From: Squalus acanthias
Taxonomy: Eukaryota
NCBI GenBank assembly: GCA_030390025.1
Contig: CM059431.1
Location: forward strand, 130,264,001 to 130,328,000
Reading direction: 5' to 3'
DNA: 64,000 nucleotides
The notes under the pieces: generated by a model
Told to the model about the DNA's origin: nothing
The model's input: the letters and a program-made list of their open reading frames with translations, nothing else
The model's database searches: none
In this document: positions 1 through 13,051 of the stretch, piece after piece
How the letters are laid out: each line of letters begins with the position of its first letter
Position numbering within the stretch: position 1 is the first letter of the stretch
Made by a program: the position numbers and the translations under genes

Positions 1-221
1 GATCATGGCTGTCCTACATTAACTCTACTTTCCTGACTTATCCCCATATCCCTGGATTCCCTTAGTGTCCAAAAATCTATCGATCTCTGTCTTGAATATA
101 ATCAACGACTGAGCATCCACAGCCCTCTGGGGTAGAGAATTCCAAAGATTCACAACACTTTGAGTGAAAAAATGTCTTCTCATCTCAGTCCTAAATGGCC
201 AACCCATTATCCTGAGACTAT
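1..221 (-). mobile_element. CR1 LINE 3' fragment, left part (continues at 3821-4002 after a Harbinger insertion)
   Basis: Minus-strand translation PFRTEMRRHFFTQSVVNLWNSLPQ...GYG is the CR1 ORF2 C-terminus, also seen at 37980-38130. The sequence rejoins at 3821 (gagactat|...|atgacccctag). Confidence 0.9.
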
Positions 222-534
222 GGCCTGGAAATTGGGCCACATACCACCACCCGTTTGCGCCGCTGTCCTGGTGAAACATGGCAGCCACCACTCAAGCGCC
301 CTTCTCTGGATCAGGACTCGGCAGCCGCCATTTTGGTGAGCGCCTTAGCGCTGCCAATAGCAGTGCGGACCCTGGACATGTAAATGAAGAGAGTGAGACA
401 TCAAGGCTGACTTAACATCATCTCAGTGAACTTCGACCTTAGCGCTGAGTTCAGCGCTGGGTCCTAAGCTTGCTCTGAAAACCGAGTGTTCAGCAGACTG
501 CCTGAGATGCTGTCAGCACCTCTTAAAGGGACAC

Positions 535-828
535 ACATAGAAACATAGAAACATAGAAACATAGAATCTAGGAGCAGGAGTAGGCCATTCGGCCCGTCGA
601 GCCTGCAACACCATTCAATACGATCATGGCTGATCATTCAAATCCAGTACCCTGTCCCTGCTTTAATCCCCACAGTACACATATCCCACCCGACCCCCGT
701 AACCCCACGTATTTAATTCCCCCTAACATATCCCATCCTATCCCCATAACCCCACATATTTAATCCCCCCCTAACACTAAGGGTCAATTTATCATAGCCA
801 AATCAACCTAACCCGCACATTTTTGGAC
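535..828 (-). mobile_element. 5'-truncated HE1/V-SINE-like SINE with CR1-derived 3' tail
   Basis: (TTCTATGT)n terminus. Tail at 560-665 matches the CR1 3' UTR at 52170-52280. Upstream gtccaaaaatgtgcgggttaggttgatttggctatgataaattgacccttagtg resembles the V-SINE central domain (recalled, not searched). Confidence 0.75.
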
Positions 829-987
829 ATCTTTCAGGTAAGTTTGCATTTAAGTTTTTGGACTGGATTTTTTTATTTTATTGAAGTAGTGGCTTGGTGC
901 AATACATGTTAAAAGTTTTTATATGTGCAGCGAGTGCTGCTGGATGCTTGCAAGAGCTGGGATGGTAAAGAAAGACCTCTGAGAAGA

Positions 988-1127
988 CAGAAAATGCTGG
1001 AAATACTCAGCAGGTCAGGAAGCATCCATGGAGCGAGAAACAGAGGTTACATCTCAGGGCGAGATGCTGCCAGACCTGCTGAGTATTTCCAGCATTTTAT
1101 GCTTTTAGTTCAGATTTACAGCATCCG
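988..1127. mobile_element. Inverted dimer of a Penelope-like pLTR end (hairpin)
   Basis: Arms 991-1026 and 1063-1098 are inverted repeats. Both match the PLE ends at 10660-10705 and 44525-44565. Confidence 0.75.
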
Positions 1128-2299
1128 CTCGCAGAGGAAAGAGCAAGATGCAGAAGAATAAGATGCAGAAGAGGAAGAAGCATAAGAGGAGAAAGCAGAA
1201 GGAAGGATGCAACCCAGACAGCCCCTTTCTGGCCGGGATATCCGGTATAAAACAGCCGCCTGCGGTACCAGTGATCACAACTCCAATTCCCCTTTCAACA
1301 TTAGCCCCACATCTTACCTTCCCTCTGTTACTGACCATCACAGCGTCCTCTTGGCCACAATGCTGAAATAAAAGCCACCACAAAGCAAACTTTCGAATCC
1401 AACTTTAAACATCTATCCATCCAATATGACATCAAGAAATCAACTCATCACCCTTATGCATTCCCTTAGTGACTGTCTTGTGTGTGCCTTTGCCTGTCCG
1501 TCTGATGTCATGCAGTGGCTGCAGCATGGCTGGTGGAAGGCTGCTGACTTTCAGTGGGGGACACTGCAAATGGCCTTGCTGGTCGACCTTGAGGAGCTGG
1601 TGGCTGGGAGTGTGAAATCGAGTGACAGTGTTTTTTTTCCACTCTCCTCTCCCTCTTCTTGGTCAACCACTGTCTGGGCAGGCTGCATGGGTGTGTGAAA
1701 TGAGGAAGGCGCAAGGGTGGAGTTGTGGTGAGGGGAGGGCAGGAAAGCAAGAGGTGCATCCAAGAAGGAGGATAACGTATGAGGATACCAGCATCTTGTA
1801 TCCTTTAAGCCCTGCCGCTGGCCAAGGGCTCAGCCATGCCCCTGCCAAGAATGGCCAGCACCGTCTCCTCCAAGGGTGAGGTGAAGCTAGGAATTGGAGG
1901 TGTGCCTCGTGTTTGGTACAGATTGTTCGTAGGTAAGTGATGGGGTGTGGGGGCAGGAGTCATGCATTGAGAAGTGTGTGAGGCTAGTGGTGCAGTTGGT
2001 AGGAGATGGCTTTTGAAGATGCATTCACTGACCTTGACCACTGGAGCCAGGTGGTGGGGGCGACACTGCTGGCAGTGATGGCCTCGGTGATGTGGTCCCA
2101 CATTGTTCTTTCTGGAGGGCCTCCTGGTCCCTGTGGGTAGAGGACCTCTCTTGCAGTGTTGAAACCCTGCACAAAGCTGGAGTGCTGCGTGCGAGACCCT
2201 GGGTGCCCCTTACCTGGCTTGCTGAGCCATTTGTGTAGGTGCTGAAGCACTTTTCCCATTTTTTTGGGTGCGGAAGGGAATTCAGCTTTAAAATGGCAA

Positions 2300-3417
2300 A
2301 TAATAGGCTTGCCAGCAAAGTTGAAGCCCATGGAATAAAAGGGACAGTGGCAGCATGGATATGAAATTGGCTAAGTGACAGGAAACAGAGAGTAATGGTG
2401 AACGGTTGTTTTTCGGTCTGGAGGAAGGCATACAGTGGTGTTCCCCAGGGGTCGGTACTCGGACCATTGCTTTTCTTGATATATATTAATGATTTGGACT
2501 TAGGTGTACAGGGCACTAATTCAAAATTTGCGGATGACACAAAACTTGGAAGTATAGTGAACAGTGAGGTGGATAGGGATAGACTTCAAGAGGACATAGA
2601 CAGGCTGAGGAATGGGTGGACACATGGCAGATGAAGTTTAACGCAGAAAAGTGCGAAGTGATACATTTTGGTAGGAAGAACGAGGAGAGGCAATATAAAG
2701 TAAAGGGTACAATTCTAAAGGGGGTGCATGAACAGAGAGACCTGGGGGTATATGTGCACAAATTGTTGAAGGTGGCAGGGCGGTTAAAAAAGCTTACGGG
2801 TTCCTGGGCTTTTTAAATAGAGGCATAGAGTACAAATGCAAGAAAGTTATGATGAACCTTTATAAAACACTGGTTCGGCCACAACTGGAGTATTGTGTCC
2901 AATTCTGGGCACCGCACTTTAGGAAGGATGTGAAGGCCTTAGAGAGGGTGCAGAAAAGATTTACAAGAATGCTTCCAGGGATGAGGGACTTCAGTTACGT
3001 GGATAGACTGGAGAAGCTGGGGTTGATCTCCTTAGAGCAGAGAAGATTGAGAGGAGATTTGATAGAGGCGCTGAAAGTCATGAGGGGTCGAGACAGAGTA
3101 GCTAGAGAGAAACTGTTCCCATTGGCGGAAGGGTCGAGAACCAGAGGACACAGATTTAGGTGATTGGCAGAAGATCCAAAGGCAACATGAGGAAAAACAT
3201 TTTTATGCAGCGAGTGGTTATGATTGGGAATGCACTGCCTGAAAGGGTGGTGGAGGCAGATTCAATCGTAGCTGAAGGAAAGAAATTTGAAGGGCTACAG
3301 GAAAAGGGCGTGGGATTGGGACTAGCCGAAGTGCTCTTGCAGAGAGCTGGCAGGCTCGATGAGCCAAATGGCCTCCCACTGTGCTGTAATGAATGTACGA
3401 TTCTATTCTTTGATTCT
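2300..3417 (+). mobile_element. 5'-truncated CR1 LINE (RT to 3' UTR), frameshifted
   Basis: ORFs 2395-2634 (GVPQGSVLGP..KFADD), 2616-2816, 2849-3163 (LYKTLVRPQLEYC) and 3160-3453. Confidence 0.95.
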
Positions 3418-3820
3418 GAGAGCAGAAGACTGCCATTTGGGAATTCTTTTTAATAATTTTTTTTCAGAAGGCAGTTGAGCTGTAAGAGCGAAAAACTGCC
3501 TATTTTTAAAGGATTTTTATTTTTTTCATTTCAGAAGGCAGTGCCCCTTTAGGAGAATGAACTGCTTTCTGAAATGACAGCCTCGCTTTCAGAGAGACTG
3601 TTCTAGCTGCAATGGCGCTACGCTCACACTACATTGGTACCTCCTGCTGGGACGAACGCCACCTGGACGGCGTTGCACAGTGAGTTCAGCGCTGAGCTAA
3701 TGTTAATTAGTCCCCAGCGCCATATTTTCAGTGCTGCCAGCGCCACCATTTTCGGCGGTCATTAACACCCGCCCGCGGTGGCGCCGGCAGCTTTTGTGGC
3801 ATTCACGAATTTCTAGGCCC

Positions 3821-4002
3821 ATGACCCCTAGTTCTAGACTCTCCAGTCAGGAGAAACAGCCCCTCAGCATCTACCCTGTCAAGCAGTCCTAGAATTTCAT
3901 ACGTTTCAGTGAGATCACCTCTCATTCTTCTAAACTCCAGAGAATACAGGCCCATTCTACTCAATCTCTCCTCGTACAACAACCCTCTCATCCCAGGAAT
4001 CA
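3821..4002 (-). mobile_element. CR1 fragment, right part of the copy at 1-221
   Basis: Translation YEERLSRMGLYSLEFRRMRGDL..ESRTRGH. Confidence 0.9.
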
Positions 4003-4057
4003 GTTACTTATTCATAAAATAGATTACAAATGCAAAAGGGACGATCTTGCAAAAAAT

Positions 4058-5579
4058 GGCCCGGAATTTGCGGTTGGGATGATGGCGAACTAGCAGCGAT
4101 CGCCGTCATTCTGCCTTTAAAACTGACCGCAACTTCGGGATTTGGCGCAGGTACATGCGGAAATCCTGAAGTTGCGGTCTGTCATTCACTGCTCTGACAC
4201 AGGCTGTGCTCTGCCCCCCTCACAGAACTGGAAATCTATAGGGGTGATTTTGCCAATGGGGACGTGATGGAGGCGGGACTGCTACTTGTCGGGTTTCAGT
4301 CCCGTCTCCATCGACGTCCGGCCAACCCACGCTATTTTCCCTTGATTGACCTTGTTAAGCCCGCCAATTAAGGGAAAGCCGGTGACAGAGAACGTCAGCG
4401 TATCAGCTTTGAGAAGCTGTCAAACACTGACATTCTCTGTTGTTTGGTGAGTCCTTGTATTCAAGACTCACCAAACCTATTTCCTGAGCAGAAATTAGAT
4501 GGCTGTTGCATCAGAGAATGCAGCAGCCATTCTCTCATCTCTGCCGGTGAGATGCCAGAGCCTCCAGATCCCCACCGATTGAAGCCTGCAGGAAGAAACA
4601 AAGGTAAGGAAACTTTTTCTAAGACTTTTCACTCACCTCACATACTTACCTCTCCACACTTGCACCCATCACTCACCTCCACAGCGCACTTTTCGACCCC
4701 TCTCACCCCCGCAGACCCACTGCTCGCCTCGCTGACCCTGGTGGGGTTTCCTGACGTCAGGAAGCCCAGAGTTGTGTTGGAAAAATGGGGATAATCCTCT
4801 TAACTGCCTGTTAACTACCTGTTAACAGGCAGTTAAGTGGCTGTAATCCCCTTCCCGCCTCGAGGAAACGGGTCCCAGCGCGAGTCGGGGACCGGCCTGC
4901 TGGGAAGATGGCACGGAGGCGGGTTGGGGGTGGGTTCGGTATCTGCTCCCAGCTTCTGCCATTTCCCCGGCAGTCCCGCCTCCATACCCGCCTCCCCAGG
5001 GCTGGCAAAATCACCCCCTATGTTACCACTCAAATCAGGGAAACTGCCGAAAACACCAGCTCTTCCGCAGTAATTACGCTGTTAATTTCCCCACTAAAGG
5101 TTAAACCCAAAGGAGTTAGGTGTAACTGGGGTTTTAACAGTGTATTGACTGCCATACAAAGGTTGAGGGCCTGAAAAACTAATTTTAATTTTATGCGGTG
5201 TGAAATTTATCCATTTTAATAAAAATTGAAATTTTTAAGAAACTTTAAAAAAAGATCTATTTTTTAGAGTTTGTTCATCTTTATTTCAGGTTTGCCTTTT
5301 CCCCATGCGAGAGCCCCAATCTTTGTTTTGCTCTAATCTTTTTAAAATGTTAGAATTTTAAGAACTTACTCACTTCCTTGTTCACTGTCTGAGAATTCTG
5401 CACTTTGATTGGCTGCTTAGACAGCTTGTTGACGTTACAGTAGCTCGCGCTAGGGGATTCCCACTAACCTCCGTTGATTTGAATTGAATGCCGGAAAACC
5501 CGAAGTTTTTGACAAAGAGATCGCGAGATTCTTGTGTGAAGCTTACTTTGGGGCCAGAGGCGAACGCAAATTCCGGGCC
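4058..5579. mobile_element. Harbinger-type MITE (~740 bp) with a nested MITE
   Basis: Perfect 15-bp TIRs ggcccggaatttgcg / cgcaaattccgggcc. No coding capacity. Confidence 0.8.
4240..5018. mobile_element. Harbinger-type MITE (~780 bp), same family as 38265-39050
   Basis: TIRs ggggtgattttgcca / tggcaaaatcacccc, flanked by TAT on both sides. Collinear and highly similar to 38265-39050. Confidence 0.85.
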
Positions 5580-6248
5580 AGATGTTGCATCTGGTAGAAG
5601 ACAGTTTTCCCCTGATGGCAAATATCCAACTTTTAGCTGATACTTTCTTTGAGAGCAGCCTATTCTTGGCCATTTGATTAAATTATTAGCCCCCAAGCAT
5701 AACCTCCTTCAATATGATTACCATACCCATTTAATATAATCCATATCCCACTGTGACAAATGAATCTATAAAATCCATACTACATACAGTGAATGCTGCT
5801 AATCCACTCTGAATAAGACTTCACTGCATTTTCTGTTTCTCACGGAACCTAAGAAGTTGTTTCATACTTTTTGCAGAATAGATTTCTTCCTCAGCAAGTA
5901 GACAGTGAACACAGATAAAATGTTAGACCGAAGTTTCTAACTTCATGCTCCTGACAGGGAGTCTCGCCTAACAGGATCACATATCGGAAATTCAATCACA
6001 CAGTGCATGATTATCTGACAATTTAAATGAATGACTGGAAAATCTTGCACATTTGGCCTGAATTTCCATTATGCACCTCTGTTGGGCGAGGCTCCCCTCT
6101 GGGGATGCAACGTTGGAAAGCCATCCCTTTTACACCCAGCAGTGCAGTCTACATGTCAAAATCCTTTGCTGATGATAATGGAATGTTTGATGGAGTTTGG
6201 TTTAAGAAAAATACACTGAGAACTTTCTATAACAAAGTAAAGGTAATG

Positions 6249-8500
6249 GGGTCATTTTCGTCATCATGACAGGGCAGATCACCAGCCCATTTAGGAACCG
6301 GCCAATTTTCATGAACTGCTTTTAACCCTTTCCGTCACATTTTTTAAAATCAGTGATACCTGCACTTGATATTACTGTAGTGCTTTCGTCTCTTTCCGGA
6401 ATTATTTTTTTGGGACACCGAACCCCCCACCCCCAAACCCACATTCCAATCGACTTCAGACAAGGGATGGCTTTCCCCAAGAGTATACCACTCTATGCCA
6501 TCACAATGGAAGAGCAGTTGTCGCAGCAGCCTGTCGATGCCAGTAGAATCAGGCAGCATGGCAGAGGACAGCAGCCTACCAGGTATAACCCTCCACAGCG
6601 TGTGTACAGGCCACACTGGTCCAACGAGGACCTCTCCGAGGAGCTGTGCATCTGCTATCGGCGCCTCTCTACGTATGCCAACTGCGTCGTGAAGGTTTGC
6701 GGAGTTGCTGAGCTGCCACAACTGCTCTGTCCGTGGTAATTGAAGTGACAACAGCCCTCAACTTTTACAGTTCTGCATTCTTCCCGGCTCCCACAGGGCA
6801 TCTGTCAACGTTAGTCTGCAATATATCGAGCAGGTGACAGGCCCACTCTTTCATAAGTTAGCTGAAATCCTCCATGTGGGCATCACCCCTAGGTAACAAA
6901 GGCACAGAACTAGGGACTTTTACAAGATAGTTGGATTCTCCAGGGTGCAGGGTGCCACAGTGGCATGCTTGTGGCATTGAAGGCACCAAATGAACAGCCA
7001 CTGATATGTGAATGGGAAGGGGTTCCGTTCCCAGGGCGTCTAGGTCGTCTATGATGCAAACCAGACCGTGTTCTCACTCGCCGCTGCAAGGGGCACCAGA
7101 GGGCAGACGCTGCAGGATATTTTCATTGACTGACTGACTGTAGCAGCACCTCAGCCATACCTCCTCCTACCCACAGCAGATAACACCACAGCAGACCTCT
7201 TTGGTCCAACAGTATTTTGCTGTGAAACATCGCCTCAGTGAAGAAGTCCATACCAAATGAGGGCTCCCTTTCCTGACCCTAAGTAACAAAACACAGCATG
7301 ATAGCACAGTGTATTCCAAAAAAAACATTTGTTTTATTTACAGAAAAAGTAATATCCAAACTATAAGATTTCCTACACTTTTACAGGAAACTCTTTCGTA
7401 TCCGGCACCGACGGGACCGGGATGGTGGCAGGTTGATTAAAAATTCCGGATAACGGAGAGGTATATCTACCAAGGCTATTTTTAACAAACAAAAATTAAA
7501 AAATCAAGAAATGTGCAGTATAATTGGGTACTCCCCCACAGAATGTTGTGTTAAATGGATGGTGGAAGATGCTTGATTAAGTACAGTAATGCCAGTTGAG
7601 GGTAATCCATAACTCTTAATTACTTAACAGTAAAACAAAACTTATAAACGACTGTATACTGTAGTTTTCAGAGTATGAATTCTGCCGGTCATTGGAGAAT
7701 TCCAGATATTTAGGTGCCGTTTAAACGAGAGTTTCCTGTACTCAGCACTGTGCTTCCCCATCATGACTAATTGTGCCTTCCGACCTCATATCCTATTGCT
7801 GCATGTACTGCATCTCGTAGCATGAGTGTTCCTTAAAGACTGTGAAATGTGGTGGTTGGTGCTCAGAGTTGGCAAAGAAGAAAGGGTGAGCATGATTAGT
7901 ATGTTACATTGGCAGCCCTGTTCAAGCCATATGAATTTCTTGCAACACTGCTCTAGAGTCCTGGGGATGAGGGAGTTGGCAATCAGGCTTACAGCTCTGC
8001 CAGGCTTGCATGAGTGCAGTCCAAATAGCCTGTGTCTTCTCTCTCCCAACTCTTGCATCAGGACACCTCAGTGGCTTTCACTGTTTTTCTCCCACCCCTT
8101 CTACATTGTTGCCCAGTGGGCACAGGTGCCACCTGCATTGTCATGCTGTTAGCAAGATAGAATAAAGATGTGGGTTAGAGATGCCTTCTAAAGATTTGAG
8201 CAGAACTGAGAGAGAAAACACTTGCTGCAACCTTACCTGTCAGGTGCTGAAGACTGGCATCTGCAGAGTTCTTATAAACAACAGAATCATTAGCGACACA
8301 GTTTGGGTACTTCTGGTTTTCGGTCAACCCGATGACGTCATCCTTCTGCGCATCAGCCGAGCCACCCGCTAACGACACCACGCATGCACTGGCTCACTTG
8401 ATGACATCACTCTCTGTGCATGCGCAAAACATTCGGCTTCGTTGGTGAGATCACCCTCAGCCCGTTCTTGCTGTCGTTTTTGCTGAATGAAATTCGCCTC
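6249..8500 (+). mobile_element. Highly decayed Harbinger element with HARBI1-type transposase remnants (boundaries approximate)
   Basis: 6467-7075 gives, across frames, PQRVYRP..DLSEELC, ALSVVIEVTTALNFYSS and GFSRVQGA..VALKAP..GKGF, which are HARBI1-like N-terminal, HTH and DDE segments. Confidence 0.6.
7384..7738. mobile_element. Tc1/mariner (Tigger/pogo-like) MITE
   Basis: TA|caggaaactc...gagtttcctg|TA: TIRs with a TA TSD. Confidence 0.85.
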
Positions 8501-8525
8501 ACAAAACCAACCGCTGCTCAAAAAT

Positions 8526-9226
8526 GGCCCAAAATTTGCGTTCGGAGGTCTTCCCGCGGGTGGATGCCTTCGACTTGTAAAAAATCTACGAATTTACTTG
8601 GTGGCCCGGGAGGCATGGAGACTTGCGATCCTGGGCCTCACCGGATACGCGCGGGCAGACGCCCTCGTATCCCGGGGCGCATGCGGTTCACAAGCGCCAC
8701 TGGGATCACGTGGGCCGGTCCAACCAATAAAAGAAGGGAATCCCCATTCATACTTATGGGAGTTCTGTACGTATGGAATCCCCATAAATATGAATGGGGA
8801 TCACTGAAGAAATACACGATCACATGAAATAAATAAATAAATAAAGTACATATTGAAAATTAATTAAAATGCCATTTAATTAAATATTTTAAACAAAAAT
8901 GTAATTTTTTGATTTTTTTTTATGTTTTAATGGGGCTAAAGATAAACTTACCTTATTGGACAGGGATTTTAATGTATAAATGAGTGATAACATTTTCTTT
9001 TTCTTTTTTTTAAACTCTTATGCGTAAGAATTTCACGGGCATTCAGCGGGCGGAAGTTGGGCAAATAGCACCGGGGATGCTGAGGATTTTTCAAGAAGAT
9101 TCTTGACAGATCGCAAGTTCCAGGTTTTAGTGCATGCGCTTCGCATGCCTAAACCCGGAATTTGCGCGGCCCCTACGGGTGCATACACACCTTGTACGCA
9201 CCCGTAGGGGTCGCAAAATACGGCCC
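8526..9226. mobile_element. Harbinger-type MITE (~700 bp)
   Basis: Imperfect TIRs ggcccaaaatttgcg / cgcaaaatacggccc, with AAT on both flanks. GC-rich ends and AT-rich core. Related to 11499-12221 in the opposite orientation. Confidence 0.75.
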
Positions 9227-10618
9227 AATGTAAAACAGTCAATGCTGTGGATTTGTCACATTCAGCCTCAGAGAAACAGCTACAGTGCCCCACATGAGTT
9301 TGCAGTGCCCATTCATGGGGTTACGTATTTCAAGGGGCCCACAAATTAGTTGCTGGGTTGGCCTGGCATGGTGGGATTTCAAAGTCAAAGCGAGGTGGTA
9401 GGCTGCTCACATTGAGCCACAGTGGAGCGCTCACTCTGCCACCAAACAGGGGAGTTTGTGGGAGTTTTTTCAGATCATGCTGACAGTGAGCTATGCATGA
9501 GTCCAAGGTTCACAACTGGCACAATTGATGTCTTGCAGCCTTCTATAGAGTGGGGGGCCAGCATAACCATTCAGACAGATTGATTAGTTTTACCTAATAT
9601 CTTCCAGTTTCTATGTCACTTTCATGAGAGTGACATAGAAACTTCAGGTCCATACATATTCATTACTTTTTGAGTAACATGCATTGCGTTAAAATTATTT
9701 TAGTTTTGAATTAAATCTGTCAGTCTATGTAAATATAGAGACAAGATGCAGATTAATTTCTAGTTCTCACATTGATGGACCTTTGCTGTGCTAACCTGCA
9801 TACATAACTACACATTGCTGCCTTGGTGAGATCCTACTGTAGCTATAAAAGATCAATCAGATTTGCACATAGTAAAAATCATTTCTGACAACATTATTAG
9901 ATCTGCTTTTGACCTGCAGTCTTTTGTTAATGTTTGGGTTGAAACTCTAAATTATCTTTAAGTTGCAAGATATGCTATATCAAGATATACAATCATAAGT
10001 TGTAGGAAATTCCATAATGAATGGTCATGTCAGATGAATTCTCATAGATCTTGACTTAGCATCATGTACTTCACCAGAAATTTAACAGGCTGCAAGGTGG
10101 AACTGCATTGTCAGAATTATTTTGGGACAAATCTCCCTTAATGAGCTGTCAAAATTTTTGTTGCAGCAATACCTGAGTGCCCTTTTAGAATTAGGTGATG
10201 CTTTTATTTACATACAGATAAAATCTACCATGCAGGATTTTACTTGATTCCAGTGTTTATGAAGACTGTGAAACCTAGATATGGAGCAAATTGGAACTTA
10301 AAAGAATATTGTCATTGTGATGCACACACAGGTGATTGTGTTCCGTGTATTGTGCTATCATGTTGTTAATCAGACCTTCTTAGGGTCAGAGGAAGGGCAG
10401 AACATGTATTTGAACTTATATCGCACAGTATTAAGTGCATTCAGCCTCTGAGATATGGGACCACCTTGAGAAGCATATTAGGACATCATCTGTTTGCATA
10501 TTGAGCGCCTCTCTATCCTGAAGATGATCCTATGGAAGAAATTTCTATTAAGCAACTCCTTCCACAGCTATGCTGTTAGCGGCATATGAAATCTATAAAT
10601 AGACAAGAAAAAATATCT

Positions 10619-11083
10619 AATACAAAAGCAAAATACTGCGAATGCTGGAAATCTGAAATGAAAACAGAAAATGCTGGAACTACTCAGCAGGTCAGACAGC
10701 ATCTGTGGAGTGAGAAATAGAGTTAACATTTCAGGTCGATGACCTTTCATCAGAACTGGAAAAAGTTGGAGATGTAGCAGGTTTCAAGCAAGTGAAGAGG
10801 CAGAGAAAGGGGAGGGAAGGAAAGAACAAAAGGAGAGGTCTGTGATAGGGTGGAAGGCAGGAGAGATTAAATGACAAAAGGGATGATGGTGCAAGGCAAA
10901 AGGAGATGGTAATGGAACAAGTAAAGAAACAAAAAAATGGGTCTAGAGGAGGCGTAAATGGAAATAGCAGAATCATCAACAGCTGCTGTCTGATAAAATG
11001 GGGGCAGAGGTTATGATCTGAAATTGTTGCTCTCAATGTTGAGTCCGGAATTGACTAATTGATAGATGAGGTGCTGTTCCTCG
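10619..11083 (-). mobile_element. Penelope-like element 3' fragment (end of GIY-YIG + pLTR)
   Basis: Collinear with 44520-45000. Degenerate 13-bp TSD agaaaaaatatct (10606-10618) / agaaaaaggatct (11084-11096). Confidence 0.85.
10721..10757 (-). ncRNA. Minimal hammerhead ribozyme motif in PLE pLTR
   Basis: Minus strand reads AGTT-CTGATGA-a-aggtc(atc)gacct-GAAA-TG-TT-AACT. Confidence 0.65.
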
Positions 11084-11498
11084 AGAAAAAGGATCTTATA
11101 GCTATGCATTCTAAGTTTGTGTTGTTTAGCTCACAGTTGTTGCATATTAACTTGGATGTTGCATTGCTTTGTACAGCAGTAATTTGGACTTTAAAATTAA
11201 TGTTACTGCATTCAGGTATTTCTTGTGATTTTAACATGTATTTTAAAATGACCAATTTGTAATAAATGATTTAAAATTTAGACTTTGGAATATAATTTTT
11301 GCACCAACCTTTTATGTAGGTCCTGTGTCTCTTTTTCTTGACCACAGGGGTTTCAACTTGGTAATGCAACAGGAAGTATAATTTTTCAAGAGGTTCTGGA
11401 ATCATGTATCACATGTGTACCTCTCTTATTCTTTGAGTTATGTCTTCCTTTGTACATTGATGTTGTTTCAATTGTATCTTTTCACAATTACATAGATG

Positions 11499-12221
11499 AG
11501 GCCCGTACTTTCCGATCATTACGGGTGGGTACGAGCTGTGTACACACCCGTAGGGACCTCGCAAGTGCCGGTTTCCGGCATGCAAAGCGCATGCGCTGAA
11601 AACCAGCACTTCCGATCTGTCAGATCTGTCCGATCCTCTTGACAGATCCTCCGCCTGCCCTGGAGAAGGGCCTCTGCGGGCAGGGAGTTCCGCTTTCTGC
11701 ACAACCTCCGCCCGCTGAAATCCCTTAAAAATCTTACGCCTGGTAAAAGCAGGTGTAAGGCCTGCTTTTACCAGCATAGAGTTTAAAAAAAGTTTTATAA
11801 ATAATTTTTTTTCACTCGTTTATAATGTAAAAATACTTTTAAAATTGGTAAGTTTATTTTTAGCCCCTTAAAAAACTTTAATTATTTTTTTCAAAAAATT
11901 AAATTTTTGTTTAAAATATTTAATTTAATGTAATTTTAACTCATTTTAAAAATGTGATTTAAAAAAAAAATATTTAATGTTGTAGTGTCTTTTTTCCAAG
12001 GGGGATTCCCTTCTCCCATTGGCTCGCCTGGCTCACATGATCCCAGGGACGCTTGCGACCCGCCTGTGCCCCTGGGATACCTGGGCCTTTGCGCATGCGC
12101 ACCAGGAGAGGCCCAGGAGCGGAAGAGTCCGGACCTCGGGAGCCCTCAGGTAAGGGCGTAGATTTTTTCCCGATAGGAGGCATCCGCACACAGGATGCCT
12201 CCTATTGGGAATTACAGGCCC
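11499..12221. mobile_element. Harbinger-type MITE (~720 bp)
   Basis: Imperfect TIRs aggcccgtactttcc / gggaattacaggccc, with ATG on both flanks. Relative of 8526-9226. Confidence 0.75.
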
Positions 12222-13051
12222 ATGTTTGTTATAACCGTAACTGATCACAAATTTATTTTGCAAAGATGCTCTTTCCATGAAATGTAGCAATATAATAATA
12301 CTGGTACAAATTATATGTCAGATTTTAACCTGCAGCAATGCACGCAATAAGTATTGGTCTGCAACTATAAATATTGTTGACAAGCAAAAGAGTACAATGC
12401 ATTGAATTATGATTGCACTTTTTTAAAATGGTGCCTTGCAGCTGATGTAGTTTGTATATCCATTTTAAGTAGGTTTAAATTCTATACATTGCAGTAGGCT
12501 TTAGTCATGGGTGGCCAAGCTGGCAGACTCCTGCTCTAATTGGATCTACCCCCCTAGAATTGTCCATATTAGCAATGTGGAAAATTTCAACATCTTGGTG
12601 GATGATTGAGACTGAAAAGAAATTTTTCCATAATTTACCTGGTGGACAACTTGACAACTGGACAGTCTCATTGTGCTTTCAGGCAGTTCGGTACCTAGTA
12701 GGAAATGGAACACTTGCACTATTACAATGCAGCCGTCTCTCCATTTTGATACAGCCGACATGAGACTGTTCAGCAGTTGACGTTTTTGCCAAAGGAAAGA
12801 AAGAAAACATTTCAGAGGTTGTAGCCTCAATAGTTATCCATGGAGTATGGTTTGTATTTCTTGGCAGGGGAATTTTCTGTATGCATTCTCTGTCTTACTG
12901 CTGATGCAATTGCTCATCAAAAACAATAAAAATGAAAAGACAGAATAATTGTGTTTGCTTTGTTTATTGTGCAAACCATGGGATCAGATTTTCACTCTTT
13001 CCTAGAAAGGGATAAACTAATAACTTTGTGAGAGCCAATGGCAATGTACTA

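Larger units (their letters stand above)
222..3820. mobile_element. Decayed PIF/Harbinger DNA transposon (A), containing a SINE, a PLE hairpin and a CR1 fragment
   Basis: TIRs ggcctggaaatt / aatttctaggcc(c) interrupt a CR1 fragment. Minus-strand Myb/SANT-like remnant at ~2030-2200 (AREVLYP..MWDHITEAITASS..TWLQW). Confidence 0.8.
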
